Origin: Octopus sinensis
Lineage: Eukaryota
Length of the DNA: 64,000 nt
Direction: 5' to 3'
Assembly (NCBI RefSeq): GCF_006345805.1
Contig: NC_043004.1
Span: 100,006,001 to 100,070,000 of the forward strand
Positions 39,719-51,999 of this stretch are shown here, one piece after another (within the stretch, counting starts at the first letter, position 1; the number at the start of each line of letters is the position of its first letter). Position numbers and translations under genes: made by a program. Below the pieces are notes generated by a model. That model searched no databases and was not told where the DNA came from. It was given only the letters and a program-made list of their open reading frames with translations.

Positions 39719-40829
39719 AAGACACTGTATCGTGTTCCTTCATACGAGGAGTACATATTCTCTGTGATGGAATGTCAGTTTATGCTGTCAGATTTCTTAT
39801 ACTTTCACGGCAAGGTTAACTGAGATCTTCAAGATGTACAAGCCGATCAGATACTTAAAAAATACCCTACCGATGAAGCCTGTGAAATCTTAATCGAGGT
39901 ATGTATATAAATATGTAAGAATACGTTTATGAATAAATGAGTTTCTGTGAGAGAGAGAGTGGGGTTGTTTATGTATGATAACTTAGATGCCTTAGATATG
40001 TTTCGAGCAAAGATTGACCCAGGCCATGTCTAACTTAATGGCACCACTTAATAGGATTTTCTACGTGTATGGATATAAGTGCTTATATATCTATAAGCAC
40101 TTATAGCATGTCTGTATGTCCGTGTGTCTGAGTTCGTGCGTGAATGTGTATCTTCACATGCATATGATTACTTCTGAATATATGGCAAAACTTGTTTCAA
40201 AAGAACTGCACTTATAATGAAAATCATTCAGAAATTTTGCTCAGCTTGTTCAAAATAATCTCTCGGAATCTTATAACTCAAGTTTCCATAACTTACTGTA
40301 GATGCTTTTTTTTTAATTACTATTTATTATAAATTCATTACTAATCGCATTTCAACAAAATGAAAACCGTTGATATTGGATGAGAGCTGACTAGGAAGTA
40401 TGATGTACAGTGGTTCAATTTGTCATTCGTTGAACTTAATATCTACAGTATCAACTCTATAGGTCACGGTATCTAAGATAGGTCATGGTAAATAAGCCTT
40501 TTCCAGGCCCTCTCGTCCGTGATAAGAAATTGGTGCTGCATAAATCGTTGGATACCGTCTCATGACATCAGTTTCTCCTGGTCAAAGCTCCATTCATTTT
40601 GGTGAGGGGAAAAAAGGACCTTCTTCTAGATGTTGTTAATAACATACATACACATGCACGCATGTGTGTGTGTATGTGTGTGCGTGTCTGTGTGTGTCTG
40701 TGTGTGTTTGTGTGTGTGTCACAGCTGACCATGGCAGGTATGCAAATAAGAATTAGGAATTTTAACATAGCACCAGTTTGAATGTATTACTTCTGCGATT
40801 CTCTATTGCGACTGTAATAATTCTTGCTA

Positions 40830-41010
40830 CTTTAGGCATAAGGCTTGAAATTTTGGGAACAGTGTGCTATACCCAATTTCATCTACCCCAAGAGCTCAAA
40901 TGGTACCTATTTTATCAACCACCGAAGGGCTGAAAGGCAACGATGACCTCGATGACATTTGAACACAGAGCGTTGGATGGCCTGCTAACGATTCTGTCTG
41001 CTCGCGCCTT
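40830..41010 (-). mobile_element. Degenerate family B-like SINE
   Basis: ggtacctattttatcaacc..tgaaaggcaa..gacctcg..atttgaacacagagcg. Confidence 0.6.
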
Positions 41011-41890
41011 CTTTCCTCTTGTAATAAAAATTTTAAGTTAGACACAAAGAAACACATTTGAGAGAGGTATTTGACTGGGTTTATGGATCACAGTTTTTTA
41101 CTGCTAGCTAAGGTACTGACTTCAAAACGACGACAGGCGATGGCGACTGCACAGGAAATTGAACTAAAGACGGTAGAAATTTTCTCCAGTGCTCTAACTA
41201 TTCTGCCAACAAAGTAACGCACGCAATCGTTACTACTGGTGATGTTGCTAATGCTTTAATGAATCTTTATATGTATCTATTTTATTACAGCCAAATTGTA
41301 ATTACTGAAATAATTAAAATTCTCGTTAACGTTTTTTAGCAGGGAAAATAGCATTAATATTAGTTAATTATTCTCCATCGTCCTCCAGCTTTCGTAATAA
41401 ATATCGCCATACAATAAAAATAAGTAAACAGATATGTATGTTATATACATATATACGTATTATGTACGTCACTGTGTGTGATTAATCGAGAGAAAGTGAG
41501 AAAGTGCATGTGGGCGAGCGTGTGTGTGTATGTGTGTGTGTATGTGTGTGTGTGTGTTTGTGCTTGATTTGATAATATGAGAAAAATTGATGTCATGTTC
41601 TGTCATACATATACTCGTTAGTATTTTACATTAGCAAAAAGACTAATATTTTTGCATGGGAGTTAATTTTCTTGCTATATTTAACGAACTTATAGAAAAC
41701 ACTTGGAGTTAATATATTTGGCTCTAATTTTAATCTCACTAATTGATGAAGAGATAATTTTTTGTTTTTACTTGCTTTGATGAATTTGGCTTGGGTCGTG
41801 AAAATGTTAATGTACTGAGTTCGAGGTTTACTGCACTCATTATTGTCTTTCATATTTCTGCTCCATTCTCATTTTCTATTTCTTTTATAT

Positions 41891-42297
41891 ACTCTTTTTT
41901 ACTCTTTTACTTGTTTCAGTCATTTGACTGCGGCCATGCTGGAGCACCGCCTTTAGTCGAGCAACTCGACCCCGGGACTTATTCTTTGTAAGCCCAGTAC
42001 TTATTCTATCGGTGTGTTTTGTCGAACCGCTAATTTCACGGGGACGTAAACACACCAGCATCGGTTGTCAAGCAATGCAAGGGGGACAAACACAGACACA
42101 CAAACACACACATACATATATATATATACATATAGATACGGCAGGCTTCTTTCAGTTTCCGTCTACCAAATCCACTCACAAGGCATTGGTCGGCCCGGGG
42201 TTATAGTAGAAGACACTTGCCCAAGGTGCCACGCAGTGGGACTGAACCCGGAACCATGTGGTTGGTTAGCAAGCTACTTACCACACAGCCACTCCTG
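41891..42297 (-). mobile_element. Full-length SINE family A
   Basis: Complete match to the family. Confidence 0.95.
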
Positions 42298-43240
42298 AAC
42301 TTCTATGTTCATAGAATCAAAACATTTTTAATTAGGCCATTTTTTCTCCATTATCGAAGCCGATATATGGGACACCCCGATTTTGATTTATGTCTTTCGA
42401 GTATATAATTTTAAATCTGTAAATGGCACTTAAAACATGCATCATGGTTGTGCACTTTGAGGTTTGAGCAAACCGGTGCTACACATCACGCTTACCAAAT
42501 AAACGGATTGAAAACTGGCACTGTGGTTATGCTTCTATTTAATATTGAATATTGACTGAGGGTTTACTATTTCTCTATGTGAGCCGATTTCCTAGTCATA
42601 TTTAACGAGCAAACAGAAGAAAGTTGCGCATATTTTCTATTTATTTCAAATTTTCAATCATGTTCACTGCTGAAGAGGAGACGGGTTTGTACAAAATGTG
42701 TGTGGAACAGAGTCCTATAACCACAGATAGCAATAAAGCATTCTTACATCAAACTCCTGAAAGTGTCAATACCAAACAATTTTTGATGTTATACAGATAT
42801 GAAGAGCATCAATATTGCTTTCACTGAAGTTCGCAAAAGGTTACAGTTGTGTGACGTAGTTGAGGAAGTTTTAAATAGTCTTGCTTTACCGATACGATAC
42901 AGATGGTTACTGATATTAGAAAAAGATACGTGATTATAAAGCGGGTAGATTTTTATGATAATTAAGTTGTTAGAGCAGAAATCCATAGTCTAGACGCGGT
43001 CGAATAAACAAGTTGTCCTTCATGGACTATATCTGCCTATATCTGAGCATACATTGTAAACGTATAAGTTGGTATGGATGCCTGTGTGAATTAGAAGGTA
43101 TCGGCATGAGTAAAAGAAAGTCTTAATACATTTATGCGTTTACATGAGAGAAAATCTTTTTTCGTTTTATATTGATATGTAAAAGAATGTAAGCGAGTGT
43201 CTATGTGTTTGCAAATATATAAGCATGAATGCGTGTGTAC

Positions 43241-43648
43241 ACTCTTTACTCTTTTACTTGTTACAGTCAGTTGACTGCGGCCATGCTGGAGCACCGCCGT
43301 TAGTCAAGCAACTCGACCCCGGGACTTATTCTTTGTAAGCCCAGTACTTATTCTATCGGTCTCTTTTGCCGAACCGCTAGGTGACGGGGACATAAACACA
43401 CCAGCACGGTTGTCAACCACTGCTAGAGGGACAAACACAGACTCACAAACATACACGCAAACATATATATATATACATATATACGACGGGCTTCTTTCAG
43501 TTTCCGTCTACAAAATCCACTCACCATTGCTTTGGTCGGCCCGAGGCTATAGTAGAAGACACTTGCCAAAGGTGTCACGCAGTGGAACTGAACCCGGAAC
43601 CATGTGATTGGTAACCAAGCTACATACTACACAGCCACTCCTGCGCCT
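43241..43648 (-). mobile_element. Full-length SINE family A
   Basis: Complete match to the family. Confidence 0.95.
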
Positions 43649-43663
43649 GTATGTGTGTGTATA

Positions 43664-43701
<38 letters not shown>

Positions 43702-44088
43702 CGTAATTATGTAGGTGTTTCGCAGCACCTATGTTTGTATGTACGTAGGTATTTACATATGCATGATGTATGCATTTATCCGAATAAAGAAATGTCTTAA
43801 ACATGTTGTGTATCTTTTTGCATGCTATGGAATCATGTTTGATCGGAGCACGTATATAAATTGTCTGAATGTGTTAGTTAGTGTATTTGATTGATTGAGT
43901 AATTATATATACCTGTGTTTAGTTCAATGGAGAATAAATAATTTAGCTAGATGGAGCGTCGGATAAAAATAGTACAATTTATTTGGAAACATAAGTGAAA
44001 CTCGACATGGTCAATCTTCTGCAAATATTATAAGACAAGTTTATATAAACTCTCACACACAATCCCTTTATATAAGGACAATGTACAT

Positions 44089-44496
44089 TACTCTTTACTC
44101 TCACTCTTTTACATGTTTCAGTCATTTGACTGCGGCCATGCTGGAGCACCGCTTTAAATCGAGCAACTCGACCCCGGGACTTATTCTTTGTAAGCCCAGT
44201 ACTTATTCTATCGGTCTCTTTTGCTGAACCATTAAGTTACGGGGATGTAAACACACCAGCATCGGTTGTCAAGCATTGCTAGGGGGACAAACACAGACAC
44301 ACAAACACACACATACATATATATATATACATATATACGACGGGCTTCTTTCAGTTTCCGTCTACCAAATCCACTCACAAGGCTTTGGTCGGCCCGAGGC
44401 TATAGTAGAAAACACTTGCCCAAGGTGCCACGCAGTGAGACTGAACCCGGAACAATGTGGTTCGTAAGCAAGCTACTTACCACACAGCCACTCCTA
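44089..44496 (-). mobile_element. Full-length SINE family A
   Basis: Complete match to the family. Confidence 0.95.
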
Positions 44497-46306
44497 CATA
44501 CTTCTGATATAACGGGATAGTAATAGCTGGAATATTTTTGCTCATTTTAGTGAAGCAAATCAACGAGAATAGTATTTTATCTACTTCGATTCTGTTGTGT
44601 TCTATCTTTTAATCCCCGCTGCTAACTTCGTCTTTCGTCAGTCTGAAGTAGACAAAAATAGCACAAATGTTAGTGTCGTTACAATAAACTATTCCACATT
44701 ACACAAATTGGAGGTTTGTGTCAATGTTACTGATGATAATAATTGTTGTTGTTGTCGTTGGCTTCGGCACTGTTTTTGTTCACCTTTTTTAAATGAATTC
44801 AATAGGTAATGGTTTGTAGGTTGAGCTCGCTTGATGTTGGCTTTACTGAGCAGGATTTAAGTCAAAAAGTGTTAACCTCAGGTGGAATTACTACATAAGC
44901 AAGTGCCTATTTAATTATTTGCATAATGTTTTTCTCGTATGAAAATATTTTCTTCATTCGTAAATTGACAAAATGGAGTCTCCGAGCAGGAACGCCTCTA
45001 GAATATTAAATAGTAACAAACATGTTTGCTCAGATAGTAAACAAGAAAAAATAATATCAACATGAATGCTTTGCAGAACACATTCAATTAGAATGAAAAA
45101 AAAAATGAAATCAGTAATGAATTTTTTATCGATAATAATAACAAATTCAAAACAATATCACACAAGAAGAATGGCAAAAAGAACGACAACGGTAACATCA
45201 ATAACTCTCACACACTGTAAACGTTCTGCGGAACGAGAATTTTAAAATGGTAAGAGCTTGGCAACAGATATTTGCAACAAATTAATTTTGAATATAAACA
45301 AATTCCTGCCTGGCAGAAAATGGTAGCGATTTCTCAAAAGAGACAGCTATTTCCTGGTCCCCTGAATTTTTTCCAAGAGTGAAAAAGGATTAAGTTGACA
45401 TGTATTTGCTCTGCTTAGTAAAGAGAATGGACTTTCTATGTAAGTACAAAGAGAGGTGTGGGTGATGTATGTATCGGTATGTTGTATAGCAAGTAGTGCA
45501 GGGTATGTGCAAGATCGAACTCCTCATAAGTGTGATACACAGTGGTGTATGGGTATGTGCTGAAATGGGCCATCACAGTATAAGGATAAGACTAAGAGCT
45601 ATTTTCAGTGATATTTACACCTGGCGCATCTTAACACAATACAGGTAGATAGCAAATACAAAGTTATGGGATAGATGAAGTGAAGGAGACCTGAGAAATA
45701 TTTACAACCTCTGAAGAAAACTGCGTCATGCTGGAGAAGTGATCCATTGTCGGCATAAGAACAGAAGTAATTAGACAAACGGGTGAGAGTAAACTGCACA
45801 CCTGCTATGCATAAGATACCAACAGTCACTTGAAGGTTATCTGTTTCGATGCTAAAGAAAATGAAAAGACGTACGGTGAAACAGGGAAAGGCAGAAAGAA
45901 GAAAGGAAATTTCAAAGAGAAGCACCAACTAAGACGTTCAACTGTAATTTGCGGTATATTTGGCTACCAAAGAACTCTTATAAATATTCTCAAACGTTTA
46001 TTAATGCAAATATGAAATATAAACTCGATTCTGTAAATACGAACAACGGTTATGTTAATATTTGCTGTCTATATCATATTGAGATCAACACAGACTACTT
46101 CTATTCTGTATCACATTGCTCGAATTACATCTGGTTGGTTACTTTTCATTTGTAGCTTCCCCACCAACACCAATACACTTAAACCAAAACTTTGCAGCTT
46201 GCAATTTAATTACTAGCGAAATAATACTTAAGTCATATAACTATAGACATATCTACATGAATTTAAACGGTCAGTACGATTATCAATGGTCTGCTATCCT
46301 CTTTAG

Positions 46307-46444
46307 GCGCCGTGGAGCTGAAGGTCGAACGAAGTATGCTTACTGCTTACGAGAGTCTGCCAATCACTGCTCGCTACGATATTACTTCGTCGATCTATTG
46401 GCAAAAACATGGTATACTTGCTGCAGGATTTTACATGTTTGGTT
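46307..46444 (+). CDS. Candidate internal coding exon of an unidentified gene (138 nt)
   Basis: Acceptor ctgctatcctctttag, donor tt|gtaagt, length divisible by 3, higher GC than flanks, open frame (G)AVELKVERSMLTAYESLPITARYDITSSIYWQKHGILAAGFYMFG; no family recognised. Confidence 0.4.
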
Positions 46445-47506
46445 GTAAGTGATAGGTATATAAATATATATATCTTAGAATATTAGCGTATTTGACTTTT
46501 TACAATTAATTTCTTATAATTTAATTATTATAAACCTCTGTTAACTTAGTATATATGTATTTTTATGTCTTTTGATAGACAAACATAAACGGGTTTTCTA
46601 TATTTTATAATTTAGTAAATGTTTGAATGAAACATAGCGGTAAAGATGCGGACATTTTTAGTTCTAAAATATTTTGTTTACGAAAAATACGGTGTCACAT
46701 GAATTATATACCTTATGACAAATTACACTCTCCATCTGGGTATAATTATATGTATGATTGCATTTACGGATTTATGGACATATGTGAGTGGATCTGTTTG
46801 TAAATACTTAGTTAATACCACAACCATGGTGCCGTCCGGTGTGGGTGGATGTCTGCATGCATGTATGTGCAATCGGTTGAGTTCCTCTGTTTGCATGTGT
46901 ATAGTTGGGATAGTACCTCTTATGTTATTTATTTATTTATTTATTTATGATTTGGTTGTGTATGTGTGTATGCGTGTGGGTGTGTTTGTGGGTGTATACA
47001 TATGACTATGTATGTATGTGCGCACGTTTTGTGGATGTGCGTGCGCGTGTGTATGTTTCCTAGCTACCTAACCGTAAAATTTCTATTGTAATTCAAATTT
47101 AAAAGTATAGGCCAATCGAATCCATCTGTGAAAATTAATACCATGCAAGCAGAGGAATTCGACTGATGGCGTATATATGCGGATGTCCGCTGGCATTGGA
47201 TGGTACTGTGGTGGTGGTATTAACTTTATTGACTTTTTGTGAAATGACACATTTTAATATACTAGACTGTTTAATATATATGCCTGCTTTGAGTGTGAGT
47301 GTGTCTGTTGTGGTTTCTTGATGTTGGTTGAGGAGCTGTGGAGTTCAATATGGAACATTATTGTGTTTGTTGATGTATATTGATCTTTATTGTTTATATT
47401 GTATTATTGTGTATATATATATATGTATGTATATGAGTATGTATGCACACATATTTATATTTATATATAAATTATTTAGGATTTGTACTCATACTTGCAT
47501 TAAAAT

Positions 47507-47615
47507 CTCTGAAGAGGTCGTAAGATATTCTTGTTAATGTCTCATTTATACCTGCATTATATGGCTAATAGGTTAAATGAGACATACCTGTTTTCATGGC
47601 CGAAACAGCTGTCAG
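47507..47615 (+). ncRNA. Hammerhead ribozyme with canonical core and extended stem II
   Basis: ct-CTGAAGA-ggtcgt [74 nt containing the perfect 12-bp helix atgtctcattta/taaatgagacat] atggcc-GAA-ac agct gt-C-ag; GUC site; stem I only 2 bp. Confidence 0.75.
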
Positions 47616-47773
47616 CTACAATGTAAATGTATTTCTATGTCTTGTTATATTTGTACTATATTAATGTATAATATCATTGCTATTGTGTAGTGTTGTAATA
47701 AAGTATTGATTCGGTATTATCTGATAGTTGATGATTGATTTAGATATATTTCTCCATTTTCTCATTTTGTATG

Positions 47774-47831
<58 letters not shown>

Positions 47832-47836
<5 letters not shown>

Positions 47837-48030
47837 ATCCAAATATGAAAACACAAAGAGAAAACACAGCAACGCGAGGACGTGGAACAGGTATAGTGTT
47901 ATTGGACGATCAAAAAGGAAGAAAGAAGGAGGATTTAATGTTTCGAGCGGAGCACTTCGTCAGAAACATAGAAAAAGGAAAGATCCAAAGAGGGAAGGCG
48001 GAGGGGAAAAATCGCCAACGATACACACGC
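47832..48030 (-). mobile_element. Short hammerhead-bearing element (family H2) ending in (TA)n
   Basis: Homologous to 54401-54600. Confidence 0.85.
47933..47967 (-). ncRNA. Hammerhead motif, core CUGACGA, stems partly mutated
   Basis: gttt-CTGACGA-a-gtgc tcc gctc-GAA-acat-T-aaat. Confidence 0.65.
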
Positions 48031-48186
48031 AGTCACATATATATATGATTATAAAAAGGGCATTAATGAGTAGCGTCACATGATAGAAATAGATGCCAAA
48101 TGGCTCTAAGAACTACATTATTTACCCTTTTAGCACAGGTTGAAGCAAGGGAAGTGAACAAAAAGGATTTTTTTAATGGGTTTAAT

Positions 48187-48242
48187 TATAGATCGATTGA
48201 TTTCTAGTTTAGAGATTAAATCTCTTTATTGTCATCAGTATA
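48187..48242 (-). ncRNA. Degenerate hammerhead motif, core CUGAUGA, AUC site
   Basis: tata-CTGATGA-caataa agaga tttaa tctct aaacta-GAA-atc aatc gat-C-tata; base of stem II is unpaired. Confidence 0.55.
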
Positions 48243-48810
48243 GTATAACACATTGTACATAATTATAAAAATTTATACATAACCATACGAATAGCACGTA
48301 TCCAGAAGCACATATACAAATGTTCATATTTTAATACAATTTAAATCTAATTCATTCACCTCAACCACATGCGTATGCGGCAAAATATTGTATTTAACTT
48401 GTATATAATTGCGACCATTTGTATATCCGCTTGTGAATACGTATTACTCGGATGTATAAATTTTTATGATTATGTACTAATGACTGTAAACGGATTTACA
48501 TTTGTAAACTCTAAATCCATTTATAGTTAAGCCCTTTTTTTAAAAAATGTTTTCTTTACTTCCCTCGCTTTCAGCCCGTGCTAAAGCTCTCTGAGTAATG
48601 TATTTTTTAACCATTTGTAATCTATTTCCAGCTACTCATTAGTGCTCTCATTATAATTATATTTATATAATTATATATTTTGCATTAATTGTTACGTATA
48701 TGATTTATTAAATGGTGGTTGCTTGATAAAATCGCATAAACGATTTTACCGTTGATTATATATGTGTGTGTATGTATGTATATGTATATATATATATATA
48801 TATATAATAT

Positions 48811-48852
<42 letters not shown>

Positions 48853-48953
48853 TAAAAACGGTAAGATAACAAAAGAAAGAAAGAGACCTCAATATTATGT
48901 AAATAGAGGAAATTTATCAATAAAATAATATGTTACATTTACTCAATAGTCAA

Positions 48954-49014
48954 GATAAAACTCTGAATTTCAGATGCCGAAGTGGAAATCCACAACACCA
49001 TCTCTTCGGTTATC
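48954..49014 (-). ncRNA. Hammerhead-like variant, core CCGAAGA
   Basis: gataa-CCGAAGA-gatg..catc t-GAA-attc a gagt-T-ttatc. Confidence 0.6.
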
Positions 49015-49624
49015 TGGCCATCTGAAAAACGCAATGAAAAAATACCGTTATATAAAGGGAAATTACCGTATTATAATTCTGCTCGCGTAAAAACGTCTAA
49101 ATATATATGTGCAAACGTCTATATATAGATGTGTGCGTGTGTGCGGGCATAAGAATGCACATATATATATAGACGTTTTTACTTAGTATTTTTCCATTTT
49201 TTTTTGGGGGGGGGGACATATGTATATTCATTTTTTGTATGTGCGTGTGTATGTATGCGTGTATAAATATGTGCGGGTATGTACATATATGGGCGTGTGT
49301 GTGTATGAGTGCATAGGGGCATGTCCGTATATGAACGTGGTTTTTATGTTTTGTATACTTACTTATGTTTTTTTCTGTTACTTTTAACCATGGTTTTTCT
49401 TGTGCTTGCGCGTATATAGACGTATGTATGTACTTTTACGGTACGCATGTGTGTGTGTATGAGTTTGTATATATATGCATATATATTTGGCGAAAAATGC
49501 GAGTGAAGATGTGTACGTTTTCATAGTGACGTATAAGTACGCACGTGGGTTCGCGAGCAGAATTATAATACAGTAATTTCCCTTTATATAACGGTATTTT
49601 TTCATAGCGTTTTTCAGATGGCCA

Positions 49625-49682
49625 GATAACCGAAGAGATGGTGTGGATTTCCACTTCGGCATCTGAAACTCAGAGTTTTATC
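49625..49682 (+). ncRNA. Hammerhead-like variant, core CCGAAGA
   Basis: gataa-CCGAAGA-gatg gtgtggatttccacttcgg catc t-GAA-actc a gagt-T-ttatc; 5-bp stem I. Confidence 0.65.
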
Positions 49683-50293
49683 TTGACTATTGAGTAAATG
49701 TCACGTATTATTTTACATATATATATATATATATATATTACGAGCGTGAGTCGTTTAAGAACCATGAGGGAAAAGATGCACAATAGAGTGTGTATATTAT
49801 TCGAAATGTATTGTATTAAATATCCATCACAGCTGATCTTACCAATCAGCTGATATAGATCATAGATGAGAATCAAATATTCTCCGTATAGAATACACTG
49901 CGTAGTACTCAAGAATTTAAAACCTGAGCGCATAGAGAAGTGAATACGAGAAGAAGCAATTTCGGCAGGTCAATATACAAAGTATATTAAATACATGAAA
50001 TACAAAAAAAATGTATGTACGTTTGCATACAAAGAACTCTTATACAGAAGAGAAATATCAAGAATTAAAGGGGCTGTAGAATGTATTACAAATCCATCAG
50101 GAGTTGAAGAATTTGAAGAGAAGGATTACAAATCCAACAGTTATTTCTGGGGGTTCGATGGTCCAAAATGATGTATGTAGATTGATTCCATCGTCTGGTG
50201 AGACGAGCCTCTGTCTTCAGGGAAGAAATATTACATTTGAGGGGTTGACAGAAAAAGTTCAAATATGGGATATATATATACAGAGAGTGAGAT

Positions 50294-50300
50294 ACATCTA

Positions 50301-50383
<83 letters not shown>

Positions 50384-50394
50384 TTATCTATCTA

Positions 50395-50430
<36 letters not shown>

Positions 50431-50470
50431 GGGAGAGAGAGAGAGAGAGCGAGAGAGGGAGAGAGAGAGA
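50294..50470. repeat. (ATCT)n/(TC)n/(TA)n/(GA)n compound microsatellite
   Basis: Direct reading. Confidence 0.95.
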
Positions 50471-50479
50471 GATCGTTAG

Positions 50480-50656
50480 ATCCTACACACATTTTTTTCT
50501 CTCCTTGCTTTTTCTGTGTATCTTTCTGTTGAAGAGCGTAGGCTCGAAACGTAAAAGACTTTTTCTATTTCTATTCCTGAGCGGTATACTAACACATAGG
50601 CTTGTTTGTACTCCACCTGCCTTCGTCTTTTGTTTATTTTCGTAAACTTTCCCGTT
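50480..50656 (+). mobile_element. Short hammerhead-bearing element (family H1) ending in (TA)n
   Basis: Close match to 52000-52172. Confidence 0.85.
50521..50558 (+). ncRNA. Hammerhead variant, core CUGUUGA (A6U)
   Basis: tcttt-CTGTTGA-a-gagc gtag gctc-GAA-acgt-A-aaaga: all stems pair perfectly. Confidence 0.78.
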
Positions 50657-50706
50657 ATACATATATATATATATACATAAGCATCAATATATACACATTT
50701 AATTTA

Positions 50707-50745
<39 letters not shown>

Positions 50746-50746
50746 G

Positions 50747-50844
<98 letters not shown>

Positions 50845-51454
50845 ACATACGCATCAATATATACACAGGTTTAGTATATTTAGAAGCATATATACACAAA
50901 CACAGGCAAGTACACACATATATTTATATATTCAACAATATTAAGGAACGACCCCGATAGGCCATTCGACCAACTAGAAAGAGCAGCCAAGACTCTAAAC
51001 CGCTAAATAGTAGTAATTCAGAAATCAAAGGAAAATTAAAAAACATTTACCCTATTTATCTTTGGACAATGTATTGTTTCGACGTACTTTATGGCAAACC
51101 AGCCTAATTAAATTAAATTAAATTTAATCAAGTCAATCTACCAATTGCTCGTCTCATTGGCAAAGAAGCCAAGAGGAATAAATATTTACGAGGCAGCAGC
51201 ATCGGTGCCTCGGGAATATATACTCTAAATTTTCAAAAACCACCGTAATCGCAGCAAATATAAACTGCTGATTTAATTTCAGAATTAGTCAAAAAATTTA
51301 TATAGGTAAATATAGATATACTGTAATAAAAATCACTGTTACCAACAGTTCCAGGATGACCATGATGTTTATCTTTCGCATTATCACTTGAAATCTTGAC
51401 CCTGTACGAACAGAAGTAAGCGTAGATTGCTACACTCTTATTGCCAACATACGT

Positions 51455-51510
<56 letters not shown>

Positions 51511-51750
51511 CACACACACACAAACAGACAAACATAACACACACATATATATACACATTTAGAAGTTCTCTTGTGTCAGAATATATTAATGTGGGATTGC
51601 ATTTACCCCATATGACTTCTGACATAATCCACATGGTCGAGGTAGGCTGGAAGATGAAACGCATATGCAGTAGATGTATATGTACATTGGTATCTACGGT
51701 TGGATTTATCAGTGGGTATATATAATCCTCGCTTATATATTAATGGTATG

Positions 51751-51809
51751 TTCTACTGAAGATCACAAAGCATTTTTTTTTGCAGAGCGTGAAATCTCGA
51801 GGTATAGAA
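51751..51809 (+). ncRNA. Hammerhead motif, canonical core, weak stem II
   Basis: ttcta-CTGAAGA-tcac..gagcgt-GAA-atctcgaggt-A-tagaa: 5-bp stem I, near-palindromic stem III. Confidence 0.65.
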
Positions 51810-51999
51810 ATATCAAATATTTTTTTTTTGTATTTTCTTGCTCATTCCTTCGCGTTCCTACCTGTGTTTGAATATAAGAACAAAATTTGGAGTGGGTTGT
51901 TGATATTTGACATCTACTTCTAGCATTGGTGATGGTCATTTTCAGTAGCCCTTAACTATAATTATATTTTTACAATTACATACGTTATATATATATACA

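Larger units (their letters stand above)
48851..49715. mobile_element. Inverted pair of hammerhead-bearing pseudo-LTR-like segments (arms about 155 bp)
   Basis: 48931-49087 is the reverse complement of 49552-49704; both outer ends abut (TA)n. Confidence 0.88.

Noticed and set aside
39868-39905. ccgatga-agcctgt-gaaatcttaatcgaggta hammerhead-like string
   Set aside because: Stems I and II barely pair; it overlaps an exon-like segment and may be chance
42795-42850. MKSINIAFTEVRKRL resembling bHLH helix 1
   Set aside because: The basic region and helix 2 are absent and there is a stop just upstream
45605-45851. Minus-strand ORF with a strong acceptor and hydrophobic stretches
   Set aside because: No convincing donor or family similarity
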